Assembly: GCF_964355755.1 (NCBI RefSeq)
Contig: NC_092677.1
Location: 11,988,101 to 12,052,100 of the forward strand
DNA from: Antedon mediterranea
Lineage: Eukaryota > Animalia > Echinodermata
Length of the DNA stretch: 64,000 nt
Reading direction: 5' to 3'
The notes under the pieces: model-generated
The model's database searches: none
What the model was told of the DNA's origin: nothing
The model's input: the letters and a program-made list of their open reading frames with translations, nothing else
Made by a program: the position numbers and the translations under genes
Part shown: piece by piece, positions 39,170 through 51,700 of the stretch
How positions within the stretch are numbered: position 1 is the first letter of the stretch
Layout of the letters: each line of letters opens with the position of its first letter

Positions 39170-39417
39170 TTTGTTTCAGTAGAGTAAGATCTTGATAAGA
39201 TGTTTAGCGGTAATGTGGAGAAAGAGCCGGTGCATGAAGCCAGTCATACGGAATCTTCTTCTTGCACGTGATGTTTGTCGTCTCTACAACCATGGAGAAA
39301 TAAGTTAGTTCTCCATGCTACAACTAAGTCTCTGTAGTGCAGATTAACATTTTTTTTTTGAAGATGTACAGTTCTACAGTGTGCTACAGTTTACAGAGCG
39401 ATAATTTTATTTGAATC

Positions 39418-39652
39418 TTGTTGAACACTTCTGTTATTTTTAATATGGTTGTTCGGTTAGCTTTCTCTTTATGAATACAATACTTCACTGTAACACCCCT
39501 ACTTACAAATAATTATCTAATATTAATATTTAATTAAAATTTTGTTGAACACTTCTGTTATTTTATGGTTGTGTTTGGTTAGCTTTCTCTTTATGGCATA
39601 CAGTACTTCACTGTAACACGCCTACTTACAAATAATAATTATCTAATATTAA
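39418..39652. repeat. Local tandem duplication (about 110-125 bp x2) upstream of GPCR copy 4
   Basis: TTGTTGAACACTTCTGTTATTTT...TACTTCACTGTAACAC.CCTACTTACAAATAAT..TCTAATATTAA occurs twice; single copy in the spacers of copies 2 and 3. Confidence 0.8.
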
Positions 39653-39896
39653 CGAAACTTTACGACAGTGTGGTGAACGATCGATAAAATATAATTTTCT
39701 AAACCTAATACATCTCTGGTGAAACACTACCGTATATCAACAGAAACACAATATTAGAATCACAAATATTGGTTAGGTTTACCAGAAAAAAATGCCACAG
39801 AAATTACCAGATAAAGTAGTTACAAGCATAACATATTATGATAAACGGTGTGAACTCAACATCATTTATTTTCGGTAAAGTTTTTTTGCAGATTAC

Positions 39897-40751
39897 TTAC
39901 TTTAGTATAAATCTCAAACTAAGTTGTTTAAATGATTTACGAAAATGCGATTGCATTATTCCGTAGATAAATGGATTCACGACTGCATTTGCGTTGAATA
40001 AAACTGAAGTTAAATAAAACATAGTCTTGCAACGGATAATGTTGTAATCAGTTCCTAAGTTAACTGCGTAGAAGATTCCAACAGGTAAAACACAAATACT
40101 AAAGCCAACCAATATGATAGATGTTATTTTTGCTGCTTTGAAATCGTTTTTTATCTTATTATGAACAGTTAGTGACGAAATCCTACGCGCAGACTTCCTC
40201 GCTTCAAGATATATTCGAATATGAAAAAATGTTACTGTGACATACGATAATATTAACGTGATTGCATTTATCATTGGAGCATTATCCGCTGAATAAATTT
40301 GAAGATACAAAAGTAACCCGGCTGGTGGTAGTAATATGCTCCATACACAGATAAGAAATATTACAACCGATTTATTGTTGACTTTTATTGTATAGTAGAA
40401 TGGATAAAATATAGCAAAGTACCTTTCTCCTGCTAAGATAATGTGGTGGACCATTGTCGCCATATTTAGAAGAATCCCAGAGCTGTAAGTTAGCCATCCA
40501 TTTGAGGTTCTAAAATCGTATAATTGTCCAGTAGATCCCCAATCGATTGCAACCCATATTCCACGAAATCCAGTCAATGTATCCAAAACCGATAAACTTG
40601 CCAGAATGATATAGCACGGTTGTTGAAGTGCGCGAGTGGAATATATAGCATACAAAACTGCAAGATTACCGAATATTGTACATATAGTTATAGCAACCGA
40701 TACAACAAAGTAAGGTATATGAAAAGTACAATTTGTTTCGTTGAAGATCAT
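39897..40751 (-). CDS. Intronless class A GPCR, tandem copy 5 (284 aa)
   Basis: Full ORF MIFNETNC...NPFIY...FILK*. Confidence 0.9.
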   Translation of the reverse strand: MIFNETNCTFHIPYFVVSVAITICTIFGNLAVLYAIYSTRALQQPCYIILASLSVLDTLTGFRGIWVAIDWGSTGQLYDFRTSNGWLTYSSGILLNMATMVHHIILAGERYFAIFYPFYYTIKVNNKSVVIFLICVWSILLPPAGLLLYLQIYSADNAPMINAITLILSYVTVTFFHIRIYLEARKSARRISSLTVHNKIKNDFKAAKITSIILVGFSICVLPVGIFYAVNLGTDYNIIRCKTMFYLTSVLFNANAVVNPFIYGIMQSHFRKSFKQLSLRFILK

Positions 40752-42841
40752 TGTGTTTTTTATGCTAACTTAAGATATTTAGCGTAAGCAAATGGGAAAG
40801 AGACCAAGAAGCCTTACCAATCAGTCTGGTTGGTGTGTCTCTACAGCCAACTATTTTCACAAGACCTCTGATCTATCAAGTTTGTGTTTCTAAAACTTTA
40901 GCCAATTCTTTTACAAGAGTTTTAGCACAAACAAATAACCCCGAAGTCCATGCGATAACGCTTGTTGATCGTTCTCCCTATGTACACTTTTAGTAGAAAA
41001 AATTCACAGGCAATATAGGCCTATTTATGTATTTAGTGTGTTCCCTGTTGGTGCTGATGGATCAATGTAGGCCTACAGGCCTTCGTCGATGTTAATAAAG
41101 TATTGATGAAGTTAACTTGTTGTTCTTTCCACTTGTAGGCTACTTGCGGATACGGATTTAATGGAACACGTACTGTTATTTTGGTGTTTGGTTGCCTTTC
41201 TATATGAAATAGACCTATACAATCAATTGACACACACAAACTAGTGACCATCATTACACGGACCAGGCTACTTTAGCGTTACGTTTGGCATCCACTGAAT
41301 CAGTGGATGACCTATCCCCTCAACATGTCAATTGTGGTATAAGTTGACAGGAATAATACTCTGTGGTGTAATAAAAATGCCAGCGTGTTTATTTAAGACT
41401 GCAAGTGTTAAGAATAACTTGCTGTCCATTTTCAACTTCCTCTTACCAATGACCAATAGCAAACAGGCACTGCTTGTCAATCAGGTCCTCACTGACTGGG
41501 TATTAACCAATCAATTTACTATTAGATAGGTCACTGATTTTATAAAATAGTTTGCGGGAAATTGGATTTCTGACCTTGTACAGGAATAAATACTTTAGTG
41601 GTTGTTTATAATAATAATCTAAATATTTCTCAATGCTGCTTTATGCAAAGCAATTTAACTAGAACTACAGACACATTAAATAAATACTTTTAAACATGAA
41701 CAATAGTTTTGTTAGGGAATTGGGATGACCGTGTGATATTCAATTTATTAAATTTAATGGGAAAGTATATCTTTCACATTTTTGGGAACAAAATGGATTG
41801 ATAGTCAATCATGAGTACTTCCGAACAGTGCTATAAATGTATCACGAAAGCATATTAGTGTTTCATGTTTTATTCACCTGTTGTGTTGGCTGGTGGACAT
41901 CTTGTAGACAATGTACAGCAGCAACAAACATACATAATTGATACAAATAAACACAATTTAAATTTGATAACTCTACGCGATTTTATACGAGATAAATGCG
42001 TAGACTCGGTCATCAATGACCGTCTACTTGATAATATAAACGACGAGCCCGTGGAAGAAAATGTAGCCTACAACAGAACTATTAGAAAGAATTAATCGCA
42101 AAAGGGTTAGGCCTAAGCCAGATATACCACGGAGTTCAAATATCCCCCGCCATTCCTCTTGATGGATTGAGGCGGCAGGCATCAAAGCGATTTTAAAATT
42201 GAATGGAAGCGCATCGAAAATAAATAAAAGATCTTTCTCGGAAGATTCATTGTGGAGGAAAATCTGACTTGCTGCATGCGTTTGCATGGTAGGTAGAAAT
42301 CAACGTGCCGATAAAAATAAAATAATTAACAAATTCTTATCAGATAGATCTACGTAAACGTGTGAAGTAGGACTAAAGAGGTCTTATTTATTTACAGTAT
42401 ATCAGTAGGCCTAATATATATTCGTATAAAATATCCTAATTTCCACAACTCAGGATTATGTCCATAATGATATCAATAATAAGAATCTGTTATAGGCCTA
42501 TGCGTAATTTTTTTTAATTAAGCCACTAATTTTTCATTATCATACATTAAATTCAATTATACCATACACAATTCAGTGATTATTTTACAATTATTTTCTC
42601 ATTTTCCCAATTGTCTTTTCTCTTACAGGTAATAACGTGGTACGTGCTTCATGATTGATGGTAAAATTAATTTATACCTGTAACAATAGATTATGGCAAG
42701 GCGTTTCGGACCGGACGGAGTAGGCCTACTCCTTTAAAGTTGTCATCGGAGGAGAAGATTAGGTGGAAGAAATGCTTTCCATGGACTGCACCAGAAGTAA
42801 TTTCTTATGTAATAACGTTAGATCATGAATAATTAAAAATT

Positions 42842-43533
42842 GAATGAACCCACATAAGAAAAAAAAAGTAAAATGAAACTTTGATGGGTTATACTGTAGA
42901 TGCAAAAAAGGATAATCTGTTGGAAATAAATTTTGTACACATTTAAAGATAAAAAAAATCAATGTTAAAGGATGAGGAAAATATAATGTTAACAGTAAAA
43001 AGTTAGTAAGTAATTAGTATAACAGAGAATATGCATTGTTTAAATGAAAATATGTTTGCATAGATAAATCCAAAGAAAATTAAAATTGGACAAACCCATG
43101 GGATGGATTTAATAAACATAAACGTATTATAATTGTATGAAATAAGTATGCATGTAGATGAAAAAAACAACTATGTAAGAAAAAATAAGCTTTGTTAATG
43201 AAAATGTGTAATAGATAATATGTATAAAAGAGGAAACTATGTAATCAATGTGGTTAAATGATAATGTATGTATAAACAAAATGATATATGGAAATAGTTT
43301 TTTTAAAGAAAATAAGTAAAAAAAAAGTGGAATGAATCCACATAAGAGAAGAAAGTAAAAAAGTTAAATGAAAATTTAAGAAGTTATAGTGCAAAAAAAG
43401 GATAATCTGCTGGAAATAAAAGTTTTGTAAACATTAAAGAACAAATATATTAATATTAATGTTAAAGGATGAGAACAATATCATGTTAACAGTAAACATT
43501 TAGTAAGTAATGAGTATAACAGAGAATATGCAT
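42842..43533. repeat. Diverged ~200-bp direct repeat inside the TIR element
   Basis: AATGAA.CCACATAAGA...GCAAAAAAGGATAATCTG.TGGAAATAAA...AATGTTAAAGGATGAG...TATAACAGAGAATATGCAT at about 42842-43036 and 43331-43533. Confidence 0.75.
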
Positions 43534-43861
43534 AAATTGTAGCTTTGTTTTCTTTTATTTATTATTAGTTTATGTATATATATATTTTTTTTTTACGTAT
43601 TCATATTTAATGTTATATTTCGTGGTGGGTCAAACTTACTGACTGACTTATTATGACTCTCTCCCCACATGATTACTTCATTGCATTTATTATCCTGTAT
43701 GTATGTTATTATATTGAGGAAATAAAATTAAATTGAAAATGAAATTATATTTATTTGCAATTATCACGTATTTTGTTCTATTTTACATTGTATAAAATTG
43801 TTATAAAACGTTTCTGGGTACAACACTTGTAAAAAAAAATTGTTTTGTACAAAAACATTGA

Positions 43862-46695
43862 CTGGGTACAAAAACGGTGGCAGGGTATAAAAACAGTGGC
43901 AGGGTACACAACAGCGACAGGGTACAAAAACGGTGGCAGGGTACAAAATCGATGGCAGCTGGGTACAAAAACAGTAGCAGGGTACAAAAACAGTAGCAGG
44001 GTACAAAAACAGTAGCAGGGTACAAAAACAGTAGCAGGGTACAAAAACAGTAGCAGGGTACAAAAACAGTGGCAGGGTACAAAAATGGTGACAGGGTACA
44101 AAATAGATGGCAGCTGGGTACAAAAACAGTAACAGGGTACAAAAACAGTGGCAGCGTACAAAAACGGTGGCAGGGTACAAAAACGATGGCAGCTGGGTAC
44201 AAAAACAGTGGCAGGGTACAAAAACAGTGGCAGGGTACAAAAACAGTGGCAGGGTACAACATCGATGGCAGTTGGGTACAAAAAAATGAGCAGGGTACAA
44301 AAACAGTGGAGGGTACAAAAACGGTGACAGGGTACAAAAACGGTGGCAGGGTACAAAAACGATAGCAGCTCGGTACAAAAACAGTGGCAGGGTACAAAAA
44401 CGGTGGCAGGATACAAAAACGGTGGCAGGGTACAAAAACAGTGGCAGGGTACAAAAACGGTGGCAGGGTACAAAAACGATGGCAGGGTACAAAAACGATG
44501 GCAGCTGGGTACAAAAACAGTGGCAGGGTACAAAAACGGTGGCAGGGTACAAAAACGGTGGCAGTGTACAAAAACAGCGTCACTAATTTTATACAATAGT
44601 TCGCGGGAAAGCTGATTGCTGACCTTATACAGGAATAAATACTTAGTGGTTGTGATATTCCATTTATTTAATTTAATGGGAAAGTATATCTTTCACAAAA
44701 TGACTTAAAATATCTTTGTATGTCAGGCAGTGTTTAAAAGGCTGGAAGGCCCTGGTGGAAGGGTACAAACAGTGGCAGGGTACAAAAACGATGGCAGCTG
44801 GGTACAAAAAAAGTGGCAGGGTACAAAAACAGTGGCAGGGTACAACATTGATGGCAGTTGGGTACAAAAAATGAGCAGGGTACAAAAACGGTGGCAGGCT
44901 ATAAAAACGATAGCAGCTCGGTACAAAAACAGTGGCAGGGTACAAAAACGGTGGCAGGATACAAAAACGGTGGCAGGGTACAAAAACGGTGGCAGGGTAC
45001 AAAAACGGTGGCAGGGTACAAAAACGATGGCAGGGTACAAAACCGATGGCAGCTGGGTACAAAAACAGTCGCAGGGTACATAAACAGTGGCAAAGTACAC
45101 AAACAGTGGCAGGGTACAAAAACGGTGGCAGGGTACAAAAAAAGTGGCAGGGTACAAAAACGGTGGCAGTACAAAATCGATGGCAGCTGGGTACAAAAAC
45201 GGTGGCAGGGTACAAAAACGATGGCAGATGGGTACAAAAACAGTGGCAAGGTACAAAAATAGTGGCAGGGTACAAAAACGGTGACATGGTACAAAAACGG
45301 TATCAGGGTACAAAAACAGAGACAGGGTATGACAAGCAGTGATCTATGGTACAAAAACTTGTGTTGTATACAAAGTGTCTGGGAAAAAAGACGATGACAG
45401 TGGTACAAAAACAGTGGCAGGGTACAAAAACGGTGGCAGGGTACAAAAACGGTGGCAGTGTACAAAAACAGCGTCACTAATTTTATACAATAGTTCGCGG
45501 GAAAGCTGATTGCTGACCTTATACAGGAATAAATACTTAGTGGTTGTGATATTCCATTTATTTAATTTAATGGGAAAGTATATCTTTCACAAAATGACTT
45601 AAAATATCTTTGTATGTCAGGCAGTGTTTAAAAGGCTGGAAGGCCCTGGTGGAAGGGTACAAACAGTGGCAGGGTACAAAAACGATGGCAGCTGGGTACA
45701 AAAAAAGTGGCAGGGTACAAAAACAGTGGCAGGGTACAACATTGATGGCAGTTGGGTACAAAAAATGAGCAGGGTACAAAAACGGTGGCAGGCTATAAAA
45801 ACGATAGCAGCTCGGTACAAAAACAGTGGCAGGGTACAAAAACGGTGGCAGGATACAAAAACGGTGGCAGGGTACAAAAACGGTGGCAGGGTACAAAAAC
45901 GGTGGCAGGGTACAAAAACGATGGCAGGGTACAAAAACGATGGCAGCTGGGTACAAAAACAGTCGCAGGGTACATAAACAGTGGCAAAGTACACAAACAG
46001 TGGCAGGGTACAAAAACGGTGGCAGGGTACAAAAAAAGTGGCAGGGTACAAAAACGGTGGCAGTACAAAATCGATGGCAGCTGGGTACAAAAACGGTGGC
46101 AGGGTACAAAAACGATGGCAGATGGGTACAAAAACAGTGGCAAGGTACAAAAATAGTGGCAGGGTACAAAAACGGTGACATGGTACAAAAACGGTATCAG
46201 GGTACAAAAACAGAGACAGGCTATGACAAGCAGTGGTCTATGGTTAAAAAACTTGTGTTGTATACAAAGTGTCTGGGAAAAAAGACGATGACAGTGGTAC
46301 AAAAACGGTGGCAGGGATACAAAAACGGTGGCAGGATACAAAAACAGTGGCAGGGTACAAAAACAGTCGCAGGGTACAAAAACGGTGGCAGGGTATAAAA
46401 ACAGTGGCAGGGTACAAAAACAGTGGCAGGGTACAAACACGATGGCAGCTGGGTACAAAAACTGGGGCATGGTACAAAAACAGTAGCAGGGTACAAAAAC
46501 GGTGGCAGGGTACAAAAACAGTAGCAGGGAACAAAAACGGTGTCAGGGTACAAAACAGTGGTCTAGGATACAAAAACTTGTGTTGTATACAAAGTTTCTG
46601 GGAAAAAATAAGATTGCAGGGATACAAAAACGGTGGCAGGGATACAAAACAGTGGCAGGGTACACAAAATTGTGTTGTACTAAAACAGTGGCAGA
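43862..46695. repeat. 19-bp minisatellite with 22-bp variants and an 894-bp higher-order duplication
   Basis: Unit GGCAGGGTACAAAAAC(A/G)GT, variant GGCAGCTGGGTACAAAAAC..; about 44508-45401 is repeated at about 45402-46295 with only a few differences. Confidence 0.97.
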
Positions 46696-48748
46696 GTAAA
46701 AAACATACACACTTATTTGTAGCATTTTACGAAAAAAAGTATCAGAGTATTCATCAACAGAGCTAAACAAATGAAGGAAAGGGTCAGAACATGTGACTCT
46801 GGCAGATAACATAACTTTACTTTTCAAGAGTGATAAGAAAAAAGGAAACATATTATATTCAATTTGTTAACCTAAATATATCTTTCATTTTTAATTTAAG
46901 ATAATTATTTACATGATGATAAAACTTTTGAATGTGTATTAATTTAAATTGGTTATCATCACTTGGCGTTTATTTTTGTTTATATGTTTATTTTAGGGTT
47001 CTTTCATAGGTCAATCATTTTTTTCCATTAAAACTTAAAAATTGGCTATTTGTAGTTTATTGTATTAATCTTTATGGTTTATTTTACATCATTTATATCT
47101 CAATGTATATTGCATTATTGTTCTTATCTTTGATTAAATATTAATATTATGTACTGTAGTAGGCCTATACACATTTTAAAAAATGCTCAACAAAGTCTCA
47201 AACCACATAAAATCTAAAAGTTGAAACTGAATATTTAATGGCCCATGAGAATTCTAGGTAGCCTGCGCAAAGGTCATCGAGGCCAAACTTAAGAGAATGA
47301 CTCAAGCTCTTCCATGCGAATCATCTCAGGTTAGACCAACCTCCAGTGGGCAGGACTTGTAGTTAGAACTTGTGGCTCAAATGACACTCCAGGGCAATAA
47401 AATCACAATAACTTACAAAGCACTGACAGTAATTGCTTGTCAAAACCAAATTGCCTAACCGTAACGCTAACGTAGCCTGGTCCGCGTAATGATTTACAGA
47501 ACATAATTGGCATTGACCTCGAAAATATGATACGAAACAATACTTTTACCAATTTTATTTAATATTGCGAACTATAATAAGTAAACTTGTTCGATAAAAC
47601 CTAATTATCTAATGTACAATCACGACACTTAATTGCGTAACGAAACACCATAATAAACAGAAGAACAATGTATTACCACAAATTGGTATAACCATAATTT
47701 CCGATGATTGACAGACAGAAATTGACATGTTTAGGTCGACTTCATCTCCTGCGTAAAACAATGTTCTCGGTATGCAGAGCTTTGAGGCTTGCCTACAAAT
47801 GCTATGTTACAACAATACTTTTGTGAAAAGGAGAGTTTGGAGAAACGGATGGATTTTTAAAATATATTTTGTGGGTGTGTCTCACATTCATATAACGTTA
47901 AGATATACGATTATTAAACTGTGCCTACACTATAGTTTCTCTCACGAAGCTATTAAATAAATTCAATTATTTTCATTCAAGTTTATAAGGCCCTACCACG
48001 TTTCCAATTTTTGAATTATGCACACATAACAAATAATTGCACAGCGCCATCACTGTACTAAAACTATATATTTTAACTGTAATTCAACTAAATTCAACTG
48101 AATTATGTTTTATAATATTTAAACACATTTCAAAATGTGTGTATCTATTTATTCTTTTGTGCATTTGTAAACCTAGTAATTTGTCAATTCAACTCTAGCA
48201 CCCTCTATTTTGTTCTGCAACTCATGATTTTTACCCAAACTCATTAATGCAATCTTCTAATAATGTAGGCCTATGTTGTTTACTGTATCATATGTTTTTG
48301 TGTATTTTGTTCTTCCTTTTGGATGCACCTTTCACTGTTTTACTGTTTACTTTAGCATATTATTGACTTTACCTTGCATTTGGTTACTTATGCATAAAAA
48401 ATGTTCAAAGAGACTACCTAATTTTCTTCACTTAAAAATCGATCAATGATCAAGCAATTTTTCATTGGAATGGAAGGACGGCACATTTTTATAACTTAAA
48501 TAATTAACGCTTATTGCTTCACAATTGTACTTGTTGAAGAAGGTGATAACGCCGCTATCGGTCGTGGAATTTCAATTGTTTCATTTTATACGAGTAAGGA
48601 GGAAAAGTAATTTCAATCAAACGCTATGATCAACGCTTTTTACTACTACGGAACGCGGTTTTGGTTGAAGTGTTTCTTTCTTCAACGCGTGTTGTGTTTA
48701 GTCACTGAGTCGTGCTAAAGGCATGTAGTGAGTAGGTAGTTCGCTAAG

Positions 48749-51700
48749 ATGGAAGCTAAACATCACGGTGTTGAGAGAAGACAGTCAGTAGAACATCATT
48801 ACGAAAGCATTCACGATCATTCTGGACGATATTTAGATGGAAAAGAATCACCAAATAGTGATATTTCATACGATTATCGTCAAGTTCATTCGGACACTTA
48901 TGGAAGCGATGGTGGTAGGTCCTACGAGTACGCTTATATGTACTCGCCTGGAGCCTTGTCTACCGGAAGTGGTATAGGGGAATCATTCGACTTTGGGCCC
49001 GCGTCTGTATACAACAACAAACCTTCACCGGGACAGGTACATGCGCCTGGAAGAGACGATCATTCAGCTATGTATCAACATCCGCAACATCCTTCTCATC
49101 ATCCAATAAAACGTGGGAGTGTTGACAATACATATCCAAATCACTATGATAACAATCGCGGCGTGCATGTGTCTCAAAGTCCTCGGTCAAGTTTCTCAAG
49201 TAGAGGTGAGCCAGCCAAATATGGCAGCCCAAGATCTGCTGCAACCAATCAACATAATCCTGGTATGATGCAGCCTAATTTTGGTGATAGAATGTCTCAG
49301 CAATTAGTCAGGGACAGTGTTAATCATTCTCCTCATCATCAACATCATAGTCCTAGGTCTAGCATAGATTACGGGCATCAAAGAAGGGGAAGTGGTGATC
49401 TCAATTCACAGTACAGGAATAGAGGACCACATCCACAGTACCCACCACCACCAAGAGGTGCTCCTCATCCTCATCATATGCAAGGTTACCATTCACCAAC
49501 AAGAGTACCATTACATAGGGGACCACCACCGAGTAGAGGCCCACCTCAACCAGCTAGTTATCAAAAGGTTAACTCAAACTCAAGAAACCATTATACACAC
49601 CCCCAAGATCCGCATGGTAAACCACCTGGGCAAGGGGTTGTTGACCTTGATAATATTTCATTGATGCTAAAGCAGTCAACACTGCAAGGAAATCAAGGAG
49701 GTCGTCCCTCATTGACCCCAAGCCCAAATAGTGCATTCACAGGACCCCACGAGCAACAGCGTACAGACAGAGGAGGCAGAGGTCATCCAGAAGAAAGTAA
49801 AGGGTCAAACCCATCTTTTAGAGAAACCAATTCAGGAAAATCGAGCAACTCTTCAAACCCAAACAGTGGTCTGTGGTTAGACTCAAATCAAAACCACCAT
49901 GGAAAAAATGGAATACATGTAAATGGAGATGACTATACAACCCCAGTGGGGGTGAAGATAGAAAGAGAACATAAAACAGAGGATCCAAGAACAGATTCAA
50001 TCGAAAAAAATCGGCCACCATTGACAACTCAAAAGTCAATGCCAACTGGAGATCAAAACAAATCTACCATTCCCCCAAAACACATACGTCAGAACAGCTA
50101 CCCAAGAACGCAAACATTTGGCGGTAGTCGACAACCAGAAGAACAAGTGCCTGTTTCAAAACAGAACTTGGGAGCAGTTGAACATTTGAAAGAACTTGCA
50201 CAAGAGAAATCAAATCTCCGACGAGAACCTTTACAGGATTCAGATCACCAGGTAACATAGGCTCTGATAATTAGTTGTTTTTATTTTGTCTATTTACAAC
50301 TTTGTTTTATTATATTTTTGCTTTTTCAATTTGTTACAGAATTTTGTTTATAGGACAGTATAATACAATATATATGAGTATGTTGTATGTGATATACTGT
50401 ACAGTTATAATATGTATTACCGTAATGCCTTTTTGTATGTTTATCATACTGTACTGTACATGCATTGACATACAGTACTGTATACAGTAACAACTGTCCA
50501 ATTTCACCATCAAAGCTTGCTTTCAGTACGTATGTAAACAATTATTGTATTGTAGATGTATATCCAGTTTTCAGGTTTAAATGTGAATTGCATCTTACTT
50601 CAATCAGGCCCTAATCCCATTGGCTTCTATTAGGGATGGAAGAAAGTAAAGTAAAGGGGCTTTTCCCCCGCAGGGGAGTGTCCCAACGGAGGTGCTGAAC
50701 AATTATGGCGACCCATATTCGTTTTTATTTATTTAGTTTTTTTATTATGTACATATTTTATTTCAATTTGTTTTTGTTCATGAATTTTGTCTTGTATGTG
50801 TGTACTATATGTGTGTACTGTACATGTAAATGGTATCCAAACTGACAAGCACTTGCTTTTTTGGCACTATTGAACATTGTAATTGTGAAAAAATATTGTG
50901 AATGAACAATACACGCTACATAGAATAGTATAAACAATAGCCTAAATTGGCTTTACAATTTAGTAATCAATAAATGACTGTACTGTACCTCAGTACATCA
51001 TTATGTTGGTCATTGATTGTTAAGTTCATTTTTCGAACAATGACTTGTAATCGGTTAATCTGTACTTAACTGGGCAGTTAAAGTTTAAGTAGTTGGTGAT
51101 AGAAACTGTTTTTTTTATGGAAAGTTTAATTATAGATTCTTATTTTTAATCAACACTCCGACTGAACTGAAAAATTGAGAAATTAAATTTCTTTAAATAA
51201 TAAGAATTTGAGTTTGGAAAACATTTTTTATTTAAAATTAAATCTAAATAAAATGTTTCTCTGGTTTCTACTACTTAGTCATTTTTGTACATTAATTGAA
51301 AGAGTTTTAAAATGGAATTTTAAAAATCTGCAAAATTATTTATTATTTAATTACAATAAAGCTTTGAGATTAATATTTAATTAAGACTTTTAACTGTCTA
51401 AACATTCAATAGTATTAAAAGGATTGAACCCTGTTGTGTTAATTAAATCAATTGCATTTTTTTAAACAGATAATTAATGAGAGAGTGATGTGACCTAGAA
51501 AATAAATTGTGAAGCTGTCTTTTTCAGAGAGGTCACAACAATGTCGTAAATCATACTACATTTCTTAGCTCACTAATTAAAATTGTTGGTTAACAGAATA
51601 AGGTTAAATATTAATTTTTTTAAACAGTTTTGTTGGGTTACAGTAATATTTATTGAAATACTGTTCAGTATACCAATAATATACGTCAGTGGCACTCAAT

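Larger units (their letters stand above)
41252..47491. mobile_element. 6.2-kb non-autonomous DNA transposon with ~40-bp TIRs, CA...TG ends and apparent 2-bp (AT) target duplication
   Basis: Left CATTACACGGACCAGGCTACTTTAGCGTTACGTTTGGCA; right end reverse-complemented CATTACGCGGACCAGGCTACGTTAGCGTTACGGTTAGGCA. Joined flanks align to the uninterrupted upstream region of GPCR copy 1 (33733-33990). No recognisable transposase ORF. Confidence 0.85.

Noticed and set aside
41865-42800. Transposase remnants inside the 6.2-kb element
   Set aside because: Short, stop-interrupted frames with no recognisable DDE or DNA-binding motif.
43764-46851. Many Cys-rich or Lys/Gly-rich ORFs on both strands
   Set aside because: They are translations of a stop-poor 19-bp minisatellite that cycles through all frames; no gene structure supports them.
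50607-50720. Structured RNA or ribozyme (hairpin CCCTAAT...ATTAGGG with possible pseudoknot)
   Set aside because: Could not fit a known ribozyme fold; more likely a decayed repeat fragment.
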